NCBI GenBank assembly: GCA_964419615.1
Contig: CAYQPU010000018.1
Coordinates: forward strand, 1-31,674
DNA from: an uncultured Methanosarcinales archaeon
GTDB lineage: Archaea; Nanobdellota; Nanobdellia; Woesearchaeales; JAGVZT01
Direction: 5' to 3'
Length of the DNA: 31,674 nucleotides
The position numbers and the translations under genes were made by a program. Numbering within the stretch: position 1 is the first letter of the stretch; each line of letters begins with the position of its first letter. Below the pieces are notes generated by a model. It searched no databases. It had not been told where the DNA came from and worked only from the letters and a program-made list of their open reading frames with translations. Of the stretch, positions 1 through 8,008 are shown piece after piece.

Positions 1-13
1 AAACTTGGTTGCC

Positions 14-859
14 TTAAATATCAACCATCAAAGGATCATCTTTTACAAACTCAGCCTTTAATCCTAATTTCTTAAAATAATCACACATAGCAATCATTGA
101 AAACTTTTCAGTTGAGTAATGAGTTCCGCCTATCACACTTACTTTGTTTACTTTTAATAATTCATGTGCATCTTTTGAATAATCATTACAATTAGTAATG
201 CCACTAACAAACACATTAGCACCTGACTTAACAATCGCATCTGTATCTTCTGTCAAACCGCCTCCTGCAATTACAGCAACCTTTCCATTTAATTCCTCAT
301 CACCATAAGGATAAACTCTAACTTTGTGACCAACAGCACTCTCAAATTTATCTTTTAATTCAGTTAATGTTTTACATTCAGTCTTACAAAACAAACCTGC
401 CATAGCACCGTGATATGGAGCAAAGGTATCAAACGGTTTTAAATCAAGAGCCTTTGCCAACATACCACTAGTAGAAAACTCACCAAAATCATCAAGTGGA
501 ACATGCAAACAATAAACACTTATTTTATTCTCTTTTAATTTCTTAATCAATTCAGGTTCCATATTCTTAAAAATATCTGGAGCCTTATCAAGTCGCCAAT
601 CCATAGGGTGATGCACAAATAGCAGAGCATTTTTTACTCCTTTATCCAAAACTGCTCTTATTACCTTATCATTTGCAAAAACAGCTGTAAAAACCTGCTC
701 AATCTCCTCAGTATGATCACACACTAATCCCATTGCTCTTTGCTTAAAATTCTCCGTGAGAAACTCACCAATAGGCTGCATCATCTCAACCCACATATCT
801 TCCATATTAGGTTTAATAAAATCAGTATCCAATTTATTAAATAATTCTTTAGCTTTCAT
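14..859 (-). CDS. NIF3-family (Nif3-like dinuclear metal centre / GTP cyclohydrolase I type 2 homolog) protein
   Basis: 281 aa. LFVHHP, CLHVPLD, VAVIAGGG and the C-terminal GGTHYSTE motif are NIF3 hallmarks. Confidence 0.85.
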   Translation of the reverse strand: MKAKELFNKLDTDFIKPNMEDMWVEMMQPIGEFLTENFKQRAMGLVCDHTEEIEQVFTAVFANDKVIRAVLDKGVKNALLFVHHPMDWRLDKAPDIFKNMEPELIKKLKENKISVYCLHVPLDDFGEFSTSGMLAKALDLKPFDTFAPYHGAMAGLFCKTECKTLTELKDKFESAVGHKVRVYPYGDEELNGKVAVIAGGGLTEDTDAIVKSGANVFVSGITNCNDYSKDAHELLKVNKVSVIGGTHYSTEKFSMIAMCDYFKKLGLKAEFVKDDPLMVDI

Positions 860-891
860 AAAACAACTAGAATCAGTTCAGCTAATAAATT

Positions 892-1680
892 TTATGAATT
901 TGTCATGGTTTCAAGACAAGCACTCAATCCCCTATAATCCCTAGGGATATGAATATCTGGCTCCAATCCTTCTGGAATCATTTGTTTCTTTGATACATAT
1001 ATCCCGACAAGTTCATCATCAGGTACAAGTTCCCTTGCCGTCTTGATAGGATCAGTAAGAGCCTCTTCATCTCCAATCAACACAACACCTCCTTCGATGT
1101 CCCTAAGGTAATCTTCTAAGAACTTGACTTTCATTCTATTGTGAATATAACCTGTGTGCATGTCGCTTCCTAATTCACTAGCAAAAGCACAAGTAAACTC
1201 CTTAATATTTCTTGTAAGTATAGAAGTATGAGCATTCAGTAAATACCCATAAAAATCTTTAACACCTTTATACATTGCCTTTTCTAATTGGCCTCCAACT
1301 AGTTGCTCAATTCTGTCTAATTCTTCAGGATTATCTTCAATAAATTCAGCATTATAATCAAGCCAAGATTCTTCCAAAGCAAGCTGCAAAGGATAATCAT
1401 TCTCAATATCTGAAACCTTATCAAGGGAATCTCTAATAAATGCCCAAGATACTCTACCTACAGATCTAAAACCCCATCTATAAAAACTTGGATCCAAAAC
1501 CTTTGTTCCCTTCTTCCAAAACATCAGGTCAAAAAATGGTTTTTTGAACACCAAACAATCAGCAAGAGTATAATCTAGGTCTGCAACAACGTGTTGTGCA
1601 GTAACAATTCTGTTAAGCGTTTGTTCTAGATCACCATTATGACCTACCCATGATCCCCTAATTGGTTCAATATACTCCAT
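892..1680 (-). CDS. HAD-superfamily-like protein, substrate unknown
   Basis: 262 aa. Motif I-like VVADLDYTL (DxDxT) near the N-terminus and motif IV-like VVLIGDEE near the C-terminus. TATA-like tract about 25 nt upstream. Confidence 0.55.
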   Translation of the reverse strand: MEYIEPIRGSWVGHNGDLEQTLNRIVTAQHVVADLDYTLADCLVFKKPFFDLMFWKKGTKVLDPSFYRWGFRSVGRVSWAFIRDSLDKVSDIENDYPLQLALEESWLDYNAEFIEDNPEELDRIEQLVGGQLEKAMYKGVKDFYGYLLNAHTSILTRNIKEFTCAFASELGSDMHTGYIHNRMKVKFLEDYLRDIEGGVVLIGDEEALTDPIKTARELVPDDELVGIYVSKKQMIPEGLEPDIHIPRDYRGLSACLETMTNS

Positions 1681-1725
1681 TAAAATGGGGAATCTAAATT
1701 GATTTATATATATTGAGATATTAGT

Positions 1726-2465
1726 TTAAAAACAAAACACAGGATACCTACTAAGAGATTTATTTCCAGCTACAAGTATTTGCTGGATAGGCTCTTTATC
1801 ATGATACCAACTTGGTAATTTACTTGGATCAGATTCTCTGATAATTTTCACAAGTTTAGTACTAGCATTAAAAGGTTGATATCTACGCAATACAAGTTTA
1901 CTTTTTCCTTCTTTAAATGCATAATTAGGCTCCCCAACTAAGAGATCATCTCTTTTAACTAATGATTCATCTCCCCACTTAAGTCCAATCTTAAAAAACT
2001 GATCAAAATTGTCTGCAAGATTATCCTTACCTTCAATCTCAATATATTTAATGATTGAATCTAAGACATCATATGGCCCGAGTACATCTGTTCTAGAAAG
2101 TGTGGCTCTGGATTTTGAAGGGGTAAATCCTTCCATACCATAATTACCAAATAGAATCAGATGACCAACTCTGTTTTGTTCAGTTAGTAACATGATATAT
2201 GCTCTGACTCTATCTTGGCGCATCTCCCAATTAGAATTACCATTCAACAATTGACCGTACATCCATTGCGCATGTAAAAAAAAGCTTCACTATCTGAATT
2301 AATTTGATTCCATCCCAAAACTCTATTCAAATACCTTTTTGGAACTCCTGCCTGAGGATTTTTGGCTAAATTGTAGCCTTGAAGATTTCTCACTAAAAAA
2401 GAGGATACTTGACCCTCAAGAGACTCTAACAGATCAATATATTCAGAATCACTTTGAATTATCAT
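1726..2465 (-). CDS. Unknown gene split into two overlapping ORFs (2244-2465 and 1726-2262) at a T8 run; frameshifted gene, pseudogene or assembly error
   Basis: The downstream frame opens exactly at the T8 run (plus-strand A8, 2276-2283). One extra T joins the ORFs into about 246 aa. Only the upstream ORF has a TATA-like element. Confidence 0.6.
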
Positions 2466-2504
2466 ATGAAAAGAGAATATAAACTAATTTAAATACATTA
2501 TTTG

Positions 2505-2530
2505 AGAAAAATAAGTAAAAAAAGAAAGAA
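2505..2530 (-). terminator. Oligo-T tract, probable archaeal intrinsic terminator of the ubiB/phasin operon
   Basis: Minus strand reads TTCTTTCTTTTTTTACTTATTTTTCTC directly after the stop codon at 2533-2531. Confidence 0.55.
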
Positions 2531-2956
2531 TCAGCGTTTTTTTGCTCTTTTTTTAGTAGAAGGCTTTCTTTTAACTGGTTTTTTCCTTGCTACCTTCTTT
2601 TTCACAGGTTTCTTTTTAGAAACTTTCCTAGCCTTTTTCTTTACAGCCTTCTTTTTTGCTGGAGCAGAAACCATTCTTTCAAGCTCTGCAATCCTCTTGC
2701 TAAGCTTTGTTAACTCTTTTCTGGTTGCAGGACCAACAGTTTTTACAGCCTTCTTAGTATGCTTTTTTACAAGCTTTTCAACATTCTTCCTCTGCTTTGC
2801 AGATTCATCCATCATAGAACTAACTAATCTATCTCCTTCTTTTTTTGAGAGTTTGCCTTGCTTGACCATCTCATTTACAACCTTTTTGGCTGTATCTCTT
2901 GTCAATACCGCAGCACCAACTCCTAACATGAATATTTTACTTAATGTTTTTTTCAT
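2531..2956 (-). CDS. Phasin/PhaF-like protein with Lys-rich histone H1-like tail
   Basis: N-terminal LGVGAAVLTRDTAKKVVNEMVKQGKLSKKEG resembles the phasin-like family found beside UbiB kinases. C-terminal KKKAVKKKARKVSKKKPVKKK tail. GAGGTGA RBS overlaps the upstream stop. Confidence 0.7.
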   Translation of the reverse strand: MKKTLSKIFMLGVGAAVLTRDTAKKVVNEMVKQGKLSKKEGDRLVSSMMDESAKQRKNVEKLVKKHTKKAVKTVGPATRKELTKLSKRIAELERMVSAPAKKKAVKKKARKVSKKKPVKKKVARKKPVKRKPSTKKRAKKR

Positions 2957-2960
2957 TTAA

Positions 2961-4619
2961 TCACCTCAATTTTTTTGTACGAAAGTTAGATACAACCACG
3001 TAAAACAAAAGAGTGGTTGCTATTGATAAATACATAAACGAAAACAAAGGTACTCCCCAAACAACTCGCTCGCTATATGGAAGCACCATTGCAGCTCCAA
3101 TAACAAGTGAAACAATTATCAAACCAAAAACAAGATTAATTGTAGATCTGCTAATCTCTCTGGTTAACATCCCCATATCTTTTTGAATTAATTTAATTGT
3201 ATTATCAGCTGACTTAAATTCCATTAAAAACTCCTCTGATTTGTCAGGAAGATTCTTCATAAATCTCATAACTTTGTGCGAATAAGTATGTGTTTTTCTA
3301 AAAGCCTTTTTAGGGCTGAGTCTCTTTTTTTCAAGCTTTTTAACAAAAGGTTTTGCAGTTTCAAGTAAGTTAAAATTTGGATCAAGAATCTCACAGCTAC
3401 TCTCCAAAGTAACAATAGACTTGCACAGTAATATGAAATTCACAGGGAATCTAATTTTATACTCGCGAGCAATTGATAGTAAATTATGGAAAAGATCAGA
3501 TAAGTCCACATGTTTAATAGATGTACCTCTATACTCACTCAGGTGATCAACAAGATCTTCCTTTAAAGATTCCATATCAACAGGCTCAACAATAAAACCC
3601 ATATTGACCATGCACTCAGCAACCATATCAACATCTCCTCTGATTAAGGAAACAAACAAGTCTGCTGAATCTTCTTTTAGCTTTTCATCAAGAAAACCAT
3701 TGATGCCAAAATCAACAAGAGCAATTTTATTGTCCTTCAGCACAAATATATTAGCTGGATGTGGATCTGCATGGAAAAAACCATCTATGAATATTTGTTT
3801 TAAAAATGAGGTAACAAGATTGGTTGTAACTTTGTGCTTATTCAAACTGGTTTTTTTATTTTGAACATTTAAAAGTTCAGTTCCCTTGATAAGTTCAGTA
3901 GTCAAAACTTCATTGGTTGTATAATCCCAATAAACCTTTGGAATCTTTGTTGTCTTATCTTCCTTAAAACTACTATAAAACTTATCAATACTCTTTGCCT
4001 CTCTTACATAATCCATCTCTTTAATTGTATATTTTTGAAATTGTTTTACTATCTCAATAGGATCAACAAAAGATTGAGGAAAATGTTTTTTAACCAACTT
4101 AGCCAAGTAGAAAAGCAAATGGATGTCTGTATGAAATAACTCATTAACACCTGGTCTTTTAACCTTTACTGCAACTTCTTCTCCGCTCTTAAGTTTTGCA
4201 ATATGAACTTGACCAACAGAAGCTGCTGCAACTGGCCTGCTATTAAATTCCTTAAATAATTCTTTAACAGGTTTTCCAAGCTCTTTGTGAATAATTGCTT
4301 TTGCTTTTGAGCTTGGAAATGGTTTTACCTTATCCTGAAGTTTTGAAAATTCATTAGCATAATCTTTTGGAACCAAGTCTGGTCGTATGCTAAGCATCTG
4401 CCCAAGTTTAATAAAAGCTCCTCCCAATTCCTCAAAAGCTTTTCTTAACTTTTCAGGATTATCAGATTTCTTGAACTTGTGCTTTTTATTTTTCTTATGA
4501 AATGGAAGAATATGTGTTAATTTAATACCATGCAAAAGATAACCAAACTCATATTTAAACAAAACATTCACAATCTGTTTTAATCTACTAAAATCAGTTA
4601 CCTCTTTTTTTATGCGCAT
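2961..4619 (-). CDS. ubiB: UbiB/AarF/ABC1-family atypical protein kinase with C-terminal TM helices
   Basis: IKLGQ (KxGQ), AAASVGQVH, VAVKV, HADPHPANI and DFG motifs, plus two C-terminal hydrophobic segments. ATG at 4619 preferred over TTG at 4625. Confidence 0.9.
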   Translation of the reverse strand: MRIKKEVTDFSRLKQIVNVLFKYEFGYLLHGIKLTHILPFHKKNKKHKFKKSDNPEKLRKAFEELGGAFIKLGQMLSIRPDLVPKDYANEFSKLQDKVKPFPSSKAKAIIHKELGKPVKELFKEFNSRPVAAASVGQVHIAKLKSGEEVAVKVKRPGVNELFHTDIHLLFYLAKLVKKHFPQSFVDPIEIVKQFQKYTIKEMDYVREAKSIDKFYSSFKEDKTTKIPKVYWDYTTNEVLTTELIKGTELLNVQNKKTSLNKHKVTTNLVTSFLKQIFIDGFFHADPHPANIFVLKDNKIALVDFGINGFLDEKLKEDSADLFVSLIRGDVDMVAECMVNMGFIVEPVDMESLKEDLVDHLSEYRGTSIKHVDLSDLFHNLLSIAREYKIRFPVNFILLCKSIVTLESSCEILDPNFNLLETAKPFVKKLEKKRLSPKKAFRKTHTYSHKVMRFMKNLPDKSEEFLMEFKSADNTIKLIQKDMGMLTREISRSTINLVFGLIIVSLVIGAAMVLPYSERVVWGVPLFSFMYLSIATTLLFYVVVSNFRTKKLR

Positions 4620-4678
4620 TAACAAATCCTACAAGAATTCAATATATAAATTTATTGATTAATAGGACACACAAAGAA

Positions 4679-4830
4679 GGTTAGTGGCTCTGGGCCAGCT
4701 CGTTTGCCAGTTTGCTAACTAGTTTCTTAATTAAAAACAATATTACTTTTAAGATGGCAAACTGCTCTTTTCTTAATCTTACGACAATATAAGGCTCACT
4801 CACAAGAATTTGGCCTGGGAGCCACTAACC
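4679..4830 (+). ncRNA. Candidate structured ncRNA or 3' UTR element (about 152 nt)
   Basis: Perfect 12-bp terminal inverted repeat GGTTAGTGGCTC / GAGCCACTAACC, extended by GGGCCA/UGGCCU. Internal helices CAGUUUGCUA/UGGCAAACUG and UCUUAA/UUAAGA. G-U pairs favour the plus strand. Confidence 0.5.
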
Positions 4831-4849
4831 ATTATTAACAATAATAATC

Positions 4850-5527
4850 CTAATTAATAACAGTCCCTTCAAAATTCTTCCCTTCAATATATTTTTTTAG
4901 ATTAGAAATCTTTTTTCCGTTCATAATCACAACTTTAATCCCATTCTTCCTTGCACGCTTGCTTGCCACAGGATCAAAAGGAACATTCTTTCCTGGATCC
5001 CATTTGTCACCAGTAATTTTTAGAAAATCAGTCCAAGATATCTTATCAAGTGGTTTAGCATCCTTATTAAACCTAGGATCTTTGTCAAAAACATGATCAA
5101 TATTGGTTAAATTAATAACAGTCTTAATACCAAACTTTTTTGCCAATACAACAGCAGTGTTATCAGTACTTCTTCCTGGCTTCCAACCTGCAGCAATTAA
5201 AACATCCTCTTTAAACTTAATATCTGACCTTGGATTCTTAATCACTCTTTTATGAGCATGATCTCTGAAAATAGTTCTTAGCAAATGGGCATTTAATCTA
5301 GTGCTATGAATTCCAAGCCAGTCAATATCATCAGAATTAAGGTCAGAAACAGTTGATGCTGCATGTTGATATTTCCTGCAGATCTTACCTCCTCCAACAA
5401 CGATCACAAATTTATAACCCTTATCAATATAACTGACAATCAAGTCTCTAAACTTTTTAAGAAGTGAAATATCAATCTCTTCAGGAACAACAAGCGAACC
5501 TCCAAGAGATATAACAATCTTTTTCAC
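4850..5527 (-). CDS. pyrH: Uridylate kinase, archaeal type
   Basis: ISLGGS, VVGGGKICRKY, AGWKPGRSTD, TNIDHVFDKDP and PFDPVA motifs. Probable GTG start at 5527 behind a GGTGGT RBS. Confidence 0.93.
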   Translation of the reverse strand: MKKIVISLGGSLVVPEEIDISLLKKFRDLIVSYIDKGYKFVIVVGGGKICRKYQHAASTVSDLNSDDIDWLGIHSTRLNAHLLRTIFRDHAHKRVIKNPRSDIKFKEDVLIAAGWKPGRSTDNTAVVLAKKFGIKTVINLTNIDHVFDKDPRFNKDAKPLDKISWTDFLKITGDKWDPGKNVPFDPVASKRARKNGIKVVIMNGKKISNLKKYIEGKNFEGTVIN

Positions 5528-5528
5528 A

Positions 5529-5876
5529 TCAACCACCAATGCCAATCAAACTTACACCAATTAAAATAAACAAAATTCCTAGCCATTTGTAAACATTCAT
5601 CTTTTCCCCTAACATTCTTTCTGACAAAAAAGCAACCCAAATATAAGTTGTAGAAATTAATGGATATAAAATTGAAAGTTCTCCTCCACGTAAAGCAAGA
5701 ATATAAATCACAGTCCCAAAACCGTAAACCAAAACACCCCCAATAAGATATTTGTTTGTTAATAATGATTTTAATTTAAACTCTAAACTATCTGCAGCCT
5801 TTTTTAGCAAGATCCCACCATAAGCGCCAGCAAGGCAGCCAGTCAAAACCATTAGCACAGACAATAATTGTGTCAT
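5529..5876 (-). CDS. DMT-superfamily (EamA/ArnE-F-like) 4-TM half-transporter
   Basis: 115 aa, four hydrophobic helices, ELSILYPLISTTYIWV and LGEKMNVYKWLGILFILIGV. Confidence 0.85.
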   Translation of the reverse strand: MTQLLSVLMVLTGCLAGAYGGILLKKAADSLEFKLKSLLTNKYLIGGVLVYGFGTVIYILALRGGELSILYPLISTTYIWVAFLSERMLGEKMNVYKWLGILFILIGVSLIGIGG

Positions 5877-6232
5877 TTTTGACTCCCCACACCAATAAAG
5901 CTAACTCCTACTACAATTGCAGCTACACCAAACCATTTCATCTGATTCATTGTATCGGTTAAAAAGACCTTCGGAGCAGCTAAACTCACCCAAACATAAC
6001 TCAAAGCAATTAATGGATATAAAACTGAAATCTCTCCACCTCTAAACGAAATAACCATTAATGCAGCTGATATAATATATAAGAATCCACCAATAATAAG
6101 TGGCCAATTAGTCAAAAGCGCTAACAAATTGGGTTCTAGTCTTAAAGCAGCCATCTTATAAAGTATCTGAGCAACAGAAGTCAAGAACGTAAAAAAAATC
6201 ACAAGAGCAATTGCCCATGGTTTAGTTTTCAT
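5873..6232 (-). CDS. DMT-superfamily (EamA/ArnE-F-like) 4-TM half-transporter, partner of the next gene
   Basis: 119 aa, AQILYK in TM1, EISVLYPLIALSYVWV. ATGA stop/start overlap with the paralog. Confidence 0.85.
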   Translation of the reverse strand: MKTKPWAIALVIFFTFLTSVAQILYKMAALRLEPNLLALLTNWPLIIGGFLYIISAALMVISFRGGEISVLYPLIALSYVWVSLAAPKVFLTDTMNQMKWFGVAAIVVGVSFIGVGSQK

Positions 6233-6256
6233 AATAAATGTGAGTTGCTTGGAGGT

Positions 6257-6757
6257 TTAAAAAGATTGTGATTGTGAAGACCTAAATAAACAATAAGCTA
6301 TCGCTATCTCTCTTCCAACTTTTTTGCAGGTTTTATTATAATGCGCTACCCAATCATAATGCCTCCTGCTAATTATTCCGCTGGGATATTCTATGTGATC
6401 ACTTGGATATAGAATATTAATCTCTTGGTTCTTTACAACTGTCACCAGCTCTTTACCCATACTAGCATTACAGCAATAAACTAGGAGTTCATGACCCTTA
6501 TCATCAACTCTATCTTCAAGTTGGTCCTTTATTCTAGACCTAATCTCTAGCCCCAAATTGATGTCATCAATTGTTAAGGTTAACTTTGGTTTATCACCCC
6601 CCCTAAACTCACCACTCATACCCTCTGGTACAAAATCCATTACACCCATCAAGATATAATTGAAATGTCCAATCATATATTGCCGTTCTTTACTAATATA
6701 CACATCTTTTCTTTCTAAATAATTCCTGATTTTTTTTTGAATGTTTTTTAGTCTCAT
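6257..6757 (-). CDS. Hypothetical protein, paralog A (PEGxxG / YCC / HYxxTC)
   Basis: 166-aa ORF coupled to 6754-7200 by an ATGA overlap and sharing three motifs with it. Confidence 0.75.
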   Translation of the reverse strand: MRLKNIQKKIRNYLERKDVYISKERQYMIGHFNYILMGVMDFVPEGMSGEFRGGDKPKLTLTIDDINLGLEIRSRIKDQLEDRVDDKGHELLVYCCNASMGKELVTVVKNQEINILYPSDHIEYPSGIISRRHYDWVAHYNKTCKKVGREIAIAYCLFRSSQSQSF

Positions 6758-7200
6758 TTTGTGTGACTATTAACCCCACAATAATGGACATATGCATCTG
6801 CAACAAGATCCAACAAATCCACACATGTTTCATGGTAATGAGTAAAAGGATTTACATTTGGATTACACTCTGGTTTAAATGGGTGCTTTAAATATAACTG
6901 ATTTCCAAACATGCTTGCTACAGTAGAACTGTGCCAGTCAGTGTCCTCACAACAATAAAAAACACTTTTCCAACCTTCATCAATAGATCGAAGCTTTTCT
7001 ATTGCTTTTTTTCTAACAACAGGCATAACATTTTCATACAGATCCCTATTAAATGTTAACTCAAATCTATACTCCATTATGATCTCTGGATGTGTTGGAC
7101 TCATAATATTAACAATAAGCCCATTTAGTCCCTCTGGTAAATCCATCTTGCCAGTTGTCATTGATTCATAAAGCATTTTACTGATTTCTTGTTTGTCCAT
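6754..7200 (-). CDS. Hypothetical protein, paralog B (PEGxxG / YCC / HYxxTC)
   Basis: 148-aa ORF in a tightly packed run, with motifs shared with 6257-6757. Confidence 0.75.
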   Translation of the reverse strand: MDKQEISKMLYESMTTGKMDLPEGLNGLIVNIMSPTHPEIIMEYRFELTFNRDLYENVMPVVRKKAIEKLRSIDEGWKSVFYCCEDTDWHSSTVASMFGNQLYLKHPFKPECNPNVNPFTHYHETCVDLLDLVADAYVHYCGVNSHTK

Positions 7201-7206
7201 TTTAAA

Positions 7207-7542
7207 TTAATCCTCATGTATCCTATCAAACAATTCCTCTAATTGACCCATTTGAATAATTGAATCTTTATCATAAAAAACATAATCCGAATTAACCCAC
7301 ACATAACTATTTCCATACAAAATAACATGGGCGTGTTCATAACGTTCGTGTAATTTTATACAAATGTCAGCATTCCTTTCCCTACCTAAAGCAGCCAAAG
7401 GATCTGGAACTTTAACATCAGGATGTACCTCTGCCTCAGTATATTTGTCATCTTCTGGACCTTTGTAATACACCACATCTCCCATATTAAAAAACTCAGG
7501 TCCTAATCTTGGTGCAATATATTCTTCACTCATTTTCTTCAA
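7207..7542 (-). CDS. Hypothetical acidic protein
   Basis: 111-aa ORF (start may be the second Met at 7533), packed between neighbours with a 6-nt gap and a short overlap. Confidence 0.7.
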   Translation of the reverse strand: MKKMSEEYIAPRLGPEFFNMGDVVYYKGPEDDKYTEAEVHPDVKVPDPLAALGRERNADICIKLHERYEHAHVILYGNSYVWVNSDYVFYDKDSIIQMGQLEELFDRIHED

Positions 7543-7945
7543 ATCTCATTTCTAGTTCTTCATTATAAGCTAGTTCAAGTTTGCAATATTCTGTACTTAT
7601 TCTTGAATTTCCATCAAGTGCCAATAAAAATTTATGGGGGAATCTTGGATTACTAATCGCCATCATAAACCCAACAGGTGCACCATGCTTTACATTTAAT
7701 TTAACATCACATGTCTTGTGATCCAAACTACCCAAGCAAACCACTGAGCCTTCCATCTGAGATATACTTTCACCTCTTAAAACTTTTAAATAGTCAATTG
7801 CATGCTCTCCTGGTGCATATCTCATTACATGAAATTTCTTTCCTGCAGTGCTGGGAATAAAAGCAACAACACACTCTTTTTTAATCTCAGCTGCAGTTTC
7901 AACTTGTTCTCCTTGTGTAAGTAAGTAATCTATGGTTTTTTCCAT
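7526..7945 (-). CDS. Hypothetical protein
   Basis: First gene of the four-ORF run. ATG at 7945 lies about 30 nt below a TTTATAA box; TTG at 7966 is the alternative start. Confidence 0.7.
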   Translation of the reverse strand: MEKTIDYLLTQGEQVETAAEIKKECVVAFIPSTAGKKFHVMRYAPGEHAIDYLKVLRGESISQMEGSVVCLGSLDHKTCDVKLNVKHGAPVGFMMAISNPRFPHKFLLALDGNSRISTEYCKLELAYNEELEMRFEENE

Positions 7946-7974
7946 TTCTTTATTTGATAGTAACAAACAACAAC

Positions 7975-8005
7975 TTATAAATACTAGTAACTCCTCTGGG
8001 GAGTT
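7975..8005. promoter_or_regulatory. Shared TATA element plus AACTCC-N5-GGAGTT inverted repeat in the divergent promoter
   Basis: TTATAAAT at 7975-7982 is about 30 nt from both divergent starts. Inverted repeat at 7989-7994 / 8000-8005. Confidence 0.45.
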
Positions 8006-8008
8006 GTA

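Noticed and set aside
2502-2960. 152-aa plus-strand ORF rich in Phe
   Set aside because: Antisense shadow of the Lys-rich phasin-like gene (AAA codons read as TTT).
4754-4792. 12-codon ORF MANCSFLNLTTI inside the structured element
   Set aside because: Expected by chance, no RBS, and its start lies within a predicted helix.
4679-4830. MITE / IS remnant as the primary call
   Set aside because: Flanks (ACAAAGAA / ATTATTAA) give no target-site duplication, there is no second copy or transposase in the window, and the pairing relies on G-U. Kept only as an alternative.
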